Below are positions 55,548 to 64,000 of a stretch of 64,000 nucleotides of DNA, one piece after another. The stretch is taken from the NCBI RefSeq assembly GCF_006345805.1, contig NC_043001.1, positions 25,916,001 to 25,980,000 of the forward strand, given 5' to 3'. Every line of letters starts with the position of its first letter. Positions within the stretch are counted from its first letter, which is position 1. The position numbers and the translations under genes were made by a program. The notes under the pieces were generated by a model. That model was not told the origin of the DNA and ran no database searches. It saw only the letters and a program-made list of their open reading frames with translations. Origin of the DNA: Octopus sinensis (taxonomy: Eukaryota).

Positions 55548-55864
55548 CTAAAAATAAATGTTTATTTTATAGAAAATTGCTAATATATAAATGAAAATGA
55601 TTTCGGTAACCATTGATCTAAAAAAATATATGAATAATGAATATCTCATTTTAAATTACATAATGTATGACTGCAGTATTTTTTAAGGTTAAAAATATAG
55701 GAGATGATAAGTTTTGTTTTTGATATTTAATATTGCTTCTTTGAATAAACTCAAAATAGGAAATATCTTTCTCAAATTTAATATACCGTACAAAAAATAT
55801 TTTAATTCTAATTCAATAAAATGTAGCAATAAAAAGATTTTTTAAAATCAAAATCATTTCAGAC

Positions 55865-55961
55865 CAGCAGGAATGTGCATTTGGGTGATTTCATCCAAGT
55901 CATCATGAAACTCAGCGTATTTAAGCATGTCTGTATATCGTTCAAAGTTGAGGTGTTCCAC
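55865..55961 (-). CDS. Internal coding exon (97 nt) of the unidentified gene
   Basis: gtcttttcacAG acceptor; VEHLNFERYTDMLKYAEFHDDLDEITQMHIPA+G; weak donor CTG|GTCTGA gives the phase needed for the next exon. Confidence 0.78.
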
Positions 55962-57154
55962 CTGTGAAAAGACCGGATTTAAGTTTTGTGATTCAGGAAA
56001 TATTAGTAATGGTAGACACATTCAGGAAATATTAGAAATGGTAGACACATAGGATATGTAAAAATTATCCAAATATTTGAAAACCCATTTGTATTACCTT
56101 TTGAGTTTGTATAGTTAAAAGGAAAATACAGGGCTGCTAAAATGACAGGGAGGAATTTCTTGAGTGGATAACTTCATATTCTTCATATCAATTCTTGCAC
56201 TTTAGTACTTATTTTATAGATGTTATAAGGGATGAAAGGCAAAGTCAATTTTGGTTAAAGGTAAGATCATAACTCATAAGCAAGTATGATTTGGTAATAT
56301 GTACCATGTTTTTATGAATTATTTTAAGTGTTTTTGCACTCATGAGCAGAGATGGACATCCTTTCAGCCTTTTCAGTCACAAATATTGAAGATGTGAAAG
56401 CTGGTGGAAAAGAGCTGCACCATCTCTAGGCTAGTACTAATTTATTTACAGTTGAGTAGACTGCAGTAACGTGAAATGATATGCCTTGCTTAAGGACACA
56501 AGGCATAACTCAACCCAGGGATCAAATTTGCAGGCTTATAATCATGAACCCCAAACACTAGGCTACATGTCTGCACAATATGTAAAGGTGAGTAATTAAA
56601 TATAACATAGTACTTTTATTTGATGCACCAGTTCTTGCTCTCTCTCTCTCTCTCACACACACATACACATACACACACACACATGGCAGACTTTCATAGT
56701 TTCTGTTGACCAAATTTTGTACATAAATTTTTGGTTGACCCAAGCTCTGGTAGGAGGCACTTGCTTGACATGCCATGCAATGGGATCACTGCAGAAACCA
56801 GATGGTTGCAAATTGAACTTCTTACACACACAGCCAAGCCTACATCCGTATATGCAATAATTTATATTTATCTTCATTCAGCTGAGCAACTACAAATTTA
56901 TGATCAATTCTATCACACCAATATTATACATCTTAACAATCCAATAGTGAAATTCTATAATTGTAACTTTGGAAATACTGTAACCAGTCACTTGTAAATC
57001 TTGCAGTAGTCAGTGCAGTCATGCACTTCTGACAAATCTTGTTGATGTGGTAAATTAAAATAGGTCAAACAGTATAGATATCAAAAATAAGTTAGGATGA
57101 TCTGCGGCTCTTAAGATTTTTAATCAATCTGTTTTCCTGCATATAATATTCTAC

Positions 57155-57420
57155 CTCCGACTGGCTCTTGTGCCGGTGGCACATAAAAAGCACCCTCCAA
57201 ATGTGGTTGATGCCAGAGTCGCTTGACTGGCTCCCATGCCAGTGGCACGTAAAAAGCACCCACTACACTCTTGGAGTGGTTGGCTTTAGGAAGGGCATCC
57301 AGCTGTAGAAACCTTGCCAGATCAGATTGGAGCCTGGTGCAGCCTACTGGCTTGCTAGTCCCTTCAGTCAAACTGTCCAATCCATGGCAGCATGGAAAAC
57401 TAATGTTAAACAATGATGAT
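57155..57420 (+). mobile_element. Family A copy
   Basis: gtggcacgtaaaaagcacccactacactcttggagtgg... Confidence 0.88.
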
Positions 57421-57642
57421 GGGTCTTTTTTTCTAGTTTCAGCCTTTAGACAACAGCCAGACTAAGAAGCCAGCTTCAAGAATGCTAGTATAGTATATTG
57501 CCTTCACCCCTGCACACACCCTGTACATTGTTTGAATGCCTAAGCCATCCTTTTTGGGTATAAGTGACTCAACACATTGTTTTTACTCAAACACACATAC
57601 TTACCACAATTTTTATCTACTATATGTGTATGTGTGTGTGTA

Positions 57643-57683
<41 letters not shown>

Positions 57684-57799
57684 GCTAAAAATTATATATA
57701 TATATAAATAAGGATAAGATCGTTAATTTAAATTAAATAGCGATCTTATCAAGTCAGCATGGAAATAAAAACCTTCAAAGGTAATAACTATTATTAAAA

Positions 57800-57930
57800 T
57801 TATATTTTAGGGTATCTACGAGATACCGCCATGCTGAAAATAGCTGCATGAACATTTAATGTGGTTTTAGAGTCAGATTTTGGCTGCTATTTTCAGCATG
57901 GCAGTATCTTGTAGATACCCTAAATTATAA
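57800..57930. repeat. Inverted repeat (about 45-bp arms, 41-nt spacer) in a TA-embedded fragment
   Basis: tagggtatctacgagataccgccatgctgaaaatagc / gctattttcagcatggcagtatcttgtagatacccta. Confidence 0.92.
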
Positions 57931-58359
57931 TATATATATATCCATACACATAGTTCTATCATATATATAGCTTTTAAGAAATACAAGGATATATTGAAGC
58001 AAATGTAAAGTTGTAAGATATCAACTAGTTAACAAAAGAAACACACACACACACATACACACACATTGGGCACAACACGCAAAATGGCCTGCCAGTAACA
58101 ATACATTTCTCCAAATCCTTTGATATATATTCCTTCTTTTATTCGTAATGGGGAATTTTTCTGAAAATGTTATCGGATCATTAAACAACCTATGTAAGGT
58201 AATACAAATATCTTTTCCCTTTGTTTCCATTTATTGCCATCATCTTTCATCTAACATATTTCATCTAAATCCTCACATGCATTGCTCAAAGGCTTTTTTT
58301 CAAACATCTCTTTTGCAGACATTGCAATGTTCCAAGCAAATTCTAATACTCCTTCATAT

Positions 58360-58436
<77 letters not shown>

Positions 58437-58440
58437 ATAT

Positions 58441-58800
58441 AAATAGGGTTAAGCAACAGGTTGCTTAGTCACATACCGAAAATTTAGAAATAGCAGTCAA
58501 AAACCGCTTATTCCTATTTTCTACAAATATAGCTCCACATATAACATTTACTTGTAACTCACATATGCAAAAAGAAGGAAAATTAAAACAAACTGTCTTC
58601 GGTCAGCTGTGGACGCGTTTCTGGGTTAGAATTATGAAGAACTCATTCCCGTCTTCAGCACAACATTCCGTTAAGTTTTAGATTTGAAAATGCTATTTAC
58701 CTACCTCTTGCATCCCGATCCCGTGCCATCGGAGATAGCAGGAGATAGTCAGCACAAACCAAATCCATATAGACGAATGAATTCATATTTTCCCTCCAAA
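58441..58800 (-). mobile_element. PLE 3'-end (pseudo-LTR-like) fragment abutting (TA)n
   Basis: Contains the hammerhead motif and aaatagcagYcaaaa, which is shared with 57876-57895. PLE origin is inferred. Confidence 0.6.
58600..58670 (-). ncRNA. Minimal type I hammerhead ribozyme motif with palindromic stem III
   Basis: Minus strand: cgg-aatg-ttgtg-CTGAAGA-cggg...ccca-GAAAC-GC-GTC-cacag-ctga-ccg. Stem I ttgtg/cacag plus cgg/ccg; predicted cut between 58612 and 58611. Confidence 0.75.
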
Positions 58801-58982
58801 ATTACCAGATCAGATTGGAACCTGGTGCAGCCTCTGGTTCGCCAGTCCTCAGTCAAATCGTCCAGCCCATGCTAGCATGGAAACTGGACATTAAACAATG
58901 ATGATGATGATATATATATATATATATATATATCATCATCATCATTTGACGTCTATGTATGTATACACACACACACACATGA

Positions 58983-59026
<44 letters not shown>

Positions 59027-59266
59027 CCCCTCAGTTTACCAGCCCTGGTCAAACCGTCTAACCCATACCAGCATGGACAATGGATGTTAAAATGATGATG
59101 ATAATGATGATGATGATATACATACATACATATTGCAACAAATCTAACAGTGTATATTTTCATACTTAGGGGCATGATGTTGAGCAGTCATTGTTCTTTA
59201 TAGTATCAACTGTCAGGAAGCACGATAACAACAACAACAACAATAATAATACTTATTATTATTATT

Positions 59267-59390
59267 ATAATACTTGGAACAATGCATGTGATGACGAAAG
59301 TGTTGCCTCTCTAAGGAAAGAAGCTGGAGCTGAGACATAGATAACCAAGTAGAACATCAAAACTGGAGAGAATTATGATAATGTAATAGA

Positions 59391-59424
<34 letters not shown>

Positions 59425-59462
59425 TAATAATAATAATAATAATAATAATAGTAATAATAATA
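59267..59462 (+). mobile_element. Possible R4/Dong-like LINE 3' tail with (AAT)n
   Basis: ILGTMHVMTKVLPL* resembles the LGTxxILRKVL end of restriction-endonuclease LINEs; long (AAT)n. Confidence 0.45.
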
Positions 59463-60125
59463 CCTCATTAGAGAAAAGTATGTAAGGCAAAGTGTTTTAT
59501 CTATGGGCATAATCACTGCCTATTTGGAAGAGTGTGATGTTTATAGTTTTTTATGTGAAACAAAGACATTTATCAAAATAATACTTTGTTCTGTGACAAC
59601 AGAATAGAATAGTTTGATAAATTACTATCTCTCACACACACATGCACCTTCCTCTCTCTTGCCTGTTTCTCTTTCTCTCATATACTTTGCATATGTGTTA
59701 TTCGAGCTCCAGTAGCAAACTAGGTTGTCTTGAATTTATTTCTAAGTCTCGGGTTTAAAGTGGACCAGGAGAAGCGTAAGCCTTACTCAATATTTGAACA
59801 GGTAAGATGAATTAATCAGCTCAATTCAATACCTGAGTATTTCTCATTGAATGCAGTGGAGGTGTTTTTTTATTTATCTCTTACTAACTTCAGTCAGTGA
59901 ACAGTGGTCATGCTGGGGCACTGCCTTAAAGGGTTTTGATTGAACAAATCGACACCCTGTACTTATTATTTTTTTTTAAAGTCCGGTATTTATCGTATGA
60001 ATCACTTTTACTGAACTGCTAAGTTACAGAGACATAAACAAAGCAACGCTGGTTGTTAAGAGGTGAGGGGACAAACACAAATACAAAAGTACATACATAC
60101 AAACACAGACATATATATATATGGT

Positions 60126-60434
60126 GGAGGCGCAATGGCCCAGTGGTTAGGGCAACGGACTTGTGGTCATAGGATCACAGTTTTGATTCCAAACCAGGCG
60201 TTATGAGTGTTGATTGAGCGAGAACACCTAAAAAGCTCCACGAGGCTCCGGCAGGGGGTGGTGGCGATCCCTGCTGTACTCTTTCACCACTCTTTCTCCC
60301 ACTCTTTCTTCTGTTGGCCTGCTCGCTTAGCCAGCGGGGTGGCGTCATTCGAAGGCTAAAACAATGCGAACGCATTGTGATCAGCGATGTGTAACAACAT
60401 CTGATGGTCTGGTCGGTCACGTGATCATGTGATA
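60126..60434 (+). mobile_element. Family D SINE inserted in a minus-strand family B SINE (about 59880-60580)
   Basis: Colinear with 28493; B sequence on both sides. Confidence 0.9.
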
Positions 60435-60659
60435 TATATATATATACATATACACACACACACAAATAAACAATGGGCTTCTTTCAGTGTCTGTCTACCA
60501 AATCCACTCAAAAAGCTTTGAACTTGAAACCATATGGTTGGGAAACAAACTTTTTACCACACAGCCATGCCTGCACCTACAGGAAGTAAAATGCTATAAA
60601 ACACTGTTCTGGATTGTAATTTGATATTTTTCTGCTTTGGCACTGGTGTTTCTCTGTAT

Positions 60660-60833
60660 AATCTGTAAAGTGGTTGACATTAAGAAGGGCATCAGGATGT
60701 AGAAACTATGTCAGAACAGACAATGGTGCCTAGTGCAGCCTCCAGACTTATTAGCCCCTGTCAAACTACCCAACTCATGCCAGCATGGAAAATAGACATT
60801 AAATGATTATGACGATGATGATAATGATGATGA
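60660..60833 (+). mobile_element. Family A tail, degenerate
   Basis: gtggttgacattaagaagggcatcagg...ccagcatggaaaatagacattaaatgat. Confidence 0.75.
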
Positions 60834-61252
60834 TTAATCAGATAAGTTATTCTTCTATAGTCTTACCTTTAGTTCAAAATGGTTATCAGTTTCTTCTAAT
60901 GGAACCAGGAAATTTTTTGAAAAAATTTCTGTGAGTTTCTTGCAAGCTAAACCTGATAAATAAGATCAAATAAAAAAAAAGTGTTTACACAAAGATAAAA
61001 AAAACTCAAAAAAACTAGTAATTCTTTTTATCTATATGACAAATGTATGATAAAAGTTAGCTTCCTGGCTTCAGATTGATTTCATATAAGAAAAATGTCT
61101 TACTAATTAAAGCTTTGTTAGTATGGTGGGTATAAAGATCTGAGAAACATTGTTAGTATGTTAAGCATATGAAGCAGTGGACATTGGTTAATATCTCTAA
61201 AAAAAAAGTTGAGCTTAATATCAATATTAGGACTATATAGTATGCTTTATTA

Positions 61253-61827
61253 TTGGGCTGTCCGGAAAGTTCGTGCCGATTTATAGTAGCTTGCCTTTCA
61301 ACTTATTTTAGAACATGGTTGAGTCCATAAAATAGGATTTGACTACACCTCCATTTAGAGCACAGTTTAAACTATCTTTTCATAGAAGAAGGTTTATGTT
61401 CCTATAACCTGTGTTAATTCTGTAACCCTTTAAAATGGAAGATAAGAAAGTTCATTTTCGGCACTTGATGCTTTGGGAACCAGACAAAAATTGCTGCAGC
61501 TTGGCTGGGATGTGCTACCCCACCCTCCATATTCACCAGATATTGCTCCTTCGGATTTCCACTTATTCAGGTCTTAATGTTGTCTTAATTCAGGTCTTAA
61601 TGGTGAAAATTTCAATTCCTTGGATGACGTAAAAAGATACCTTGATGAATTCTTTGCCATGAAACCACCTCAATTCTGGGAAGAGGGTATTTTCAAGTTA
61701 AAGGAAAGATGGAGACGCATTGTGCAACAAAATGGTTCATATTTGGTTGATTAAAAATGTAATGGCAAGTATTTATTGACCTTTTTCTTTCCTTTAAAAA
61801 TCGGCACAAACTTTCCGGACAACCCAA
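61253..61827 (+). mobile_element. Non-autonomous mariner (575 bp), TIRs and TA TSD
   Basis: TA|ttgggctgtccggaaagttcgtgccgattt...aaatcggcacaaactttccggacaacccaa|TA; same internal deletion as 31961. Confidence 0.95.
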
Positions 61828-61852
61828 TATAATGTCATATAATATATAATAT

Positions 61853-62275
61853 TGATTTCAAATTTTGGCACAAGACCAATAATTTCAGGGAAGGAGATAA
61901 GTCAATTACATCAACCTCAGTGTTCAACTGGTACTTATTTTATCAACTCCAGTGGAATTTGAACTCAGAATGTAAAGACAGACGAAATACTGCTAAGCAT
62001 TTTGTCTAGCATGCTAACAATTCTACCAGTTTGCCACCTTGAACCATAAGTACTATTATAATATTGGTTTCAAATTTTGGCACAAGGCCAGCAATTTTTT
62101 TTGGTGGGGGGATATAAGTCAAGACCATTGACTCCAGTGTTCAACTGGTACTTATCGATCTGAAAGGATGAAGGCAAAGTCAATCTCAACAGAATTTGAA
62201 CCCAGAATGTAAGGACAGGGTGAAATGCTGTTAAGCATTTTGCCTGGCATGCTAACAATTCTGCTAGCTTGTTGT
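61853..62275 (-). mobile_element. Two tandem family C-related SINE copies
   Basis: ttcaaattttggcacaag...aactggtactt...gaatttgaac.cagaatgtaa...gcattttg repeated twice. Confidence 0.75.
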
Positions 62276-63423
62276 CTTGAACTGTATATAATATTATAAT
62301 ATTATTATATATAATATACAATATTACAATATAAACAATTGTGTCCTAAATTTTCTTTCGAATACATTTAATATCAATTCAGTAAGAGTTTAGCTAACTA
62401 CTATTCAATCATTTTCAAAGTGCTGCAATCATATAGAGAGTGAACTTAGCACATAATTTAGGATTAATTTTCCATAAATCCTACACTTTAGTTTTAATAT
62501 TGTTTCCAGAATTATAGCTGACATTGAAGAACACTGATTTCCTTGCATTTCTTTTGACTTTTCAATGAACCATCAACAACATAGTCTGATTTTAAACCAT
62601 TATCTCCATCAGTTCGCAACAGCCAGAGTAGTAGATTATGAAAGGATGAAGGAAGTTAGAACATAAGTCAACTGGTTTTAATGATGATAAAATTAAACCT
62701 GACAGCTTAATAGTTGCTCCTCTTTGATGAAAACTATTGTACATGAATGATTGAATCAAAAAGATTTGCTCAATGAACTCTTTTCCACTTGATTAAATGG
62801 TTGTTGGTTATTGATGGTAACCTTTATACTTATCTTTATTATAACTTTTTAAAACCTGAATTTAATTCAATTTATATCTATATGTGTGTGTGTGTGCGTA
62901 ACAGACACATTATGAAGTTCTTTAGAATGGTTGCATGGAATCAGTGGTTGACACTTTCATGTGGATAGCTGGTCTCAACAACAACAGTGAATATTATAAA
63001 TAGAGCTCATGGACTTTCGATGAGATTTTAAACCTGAATTTTGTAGGAGTGAGAGGTAAGCTAAAGATATTCAAATAACACCTATATATAGTATAGTATT
63101 CTGTGAAGGTAAGATCAACAAAAAAAGTACTGAAGATTGCATAAAGGCACCAGATGTTTTATAAAATGCTGTCTGTGTTTGTTTTCCTCACATGAAACTA
63201 TTATAGTTCATAAAAATATATATTATGTTCATTAAATAATACATATAAATATATAAGGTGACAAACAAAGGAAAAAATTCCTTCAAAGGGGTGTGTAAAA
63301 CATACAATTCACTGGTACGTTGGTTGAATACCACATAAATAATGGGTGTAATGCAAATCGCAAACAATGAATTAAATAGAGATACAAATGACAACCCAAT
63401 AATTTAATAATATTATAATATAA

Positions 63424-63540
63424 CATATTTTGTTGTGTCTGGAGGGAGTCATTCTTTTTTAGTGCCTTATTATTTAACACAGTGTGTTAAATAATAAGGC
63501 ACTAAAAGAGAATCACTCTCCCCAAATACAACAAAATATG
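63424..63540. repeat. 117-nt hairpin: 57-bp arms, 3-nt loop
   Basis: 51/57 positions complementary; inner 24 bp perfect. Confidence 0.93.
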
Positions 63541-63711
63541 CTTCAACACACGAACTCACAAAAAGAATCTTACAAATCAAATCCAAAAACAAAATAATAT
63601 AACACAATATCATATTATATTCATAGTATATTATTTTATATTATAATATAAATAACTTATTGGATTGCTACCACAGTAAATAAGGTACTCAATACATAGC
63701 AGAGTAAATTA

Positions 63712-63843
63712 ATTTATTTTATAGAAGGAGCTTCTACAGGACTAGAACTGTTTCATTCAAATGAAATCATCAGGAAGCTTCCTGATGATTTCATTTGAAT
63801 GAAACAGTTCTAGTCCTGTAGAAGTTCCTTCTATAAAATAAAT
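63712..63843. repeat. 132-bp loopless palindrome carrying a hammerhead core in each arm
   Basis: 66-bp arms, 1 mismatch, centre ggaag|cttcc; CTGATGA at 63782-63788, GAAAC at 63801-63805, GTC at 63813-63815. Confidence 0.95.
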
Positions 63844-64000
63844 ATATATATATATACATATATATACATATCAAAGTAAATATATTTATATTTATATTCA
63901 TGTTTTTTAATAATTACTGGTATATAATTATCTTATATGCATAGAAAAATATGCTATATGTATGTATGTTATTATAATTATCAGTTTAATAAATAAATAA

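Noticed and set aside
59700-59860. Candidate upstream exon of the minus gene, or a plus exon ending CAG|GTAAGA
   Set aside because: The minus candidate has a stop in the required phase; the plus candidate lacks an acceptor and context.

Overview
AT-rich, microsatellite- and retroelement-dense animal genomic DNA, most likely an octopus (inferred from the repeat families, not from a database search). Two convergent protein-coding genes bracket a ~33 kb repeat-rich intergenic tract. On + is the last coding exon of SPSB3 (1315-1688). On - are the last three coding exons of a gene I cannot name (55865-55961, 55457-55547, 40960-41356), phase-compatible across both introns, with a probable ~5.5 kb SINE-free 3' UTR. 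The rest is tRNA-derived SINEs (four families, labelled B-E here), 3' ends of an RTE-type LINE with a (GAT)n tail (family A), CR1 tails, mariner, hAT and piggyBac-like remnants, and a 36-bp minisatellite. The most notable signal is Penelope-like element (PLE) activity. There is one decayed ~3.2 kb Neptune-type PLE (RT + C-terminal GIY-YIG) with a hammerhead ribozyme in its 3' region. A second hammerhead lies in host-sense orientation upstream of the unnamed gene's visible exons. Several short PLE-end-like pieces sit in (TA)n tracts as fold-back palindromes (16.2, 27.9-29.0, 57.8, 63.8 kb), some truncated at or within the ribozyme core. An RTE-type LINE at 33.7 kb carries a PHD finger inside its RT domain. 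No CRISPR array, rRNA or true tRNA gene was seen. Many repeat boundaries are approximate.
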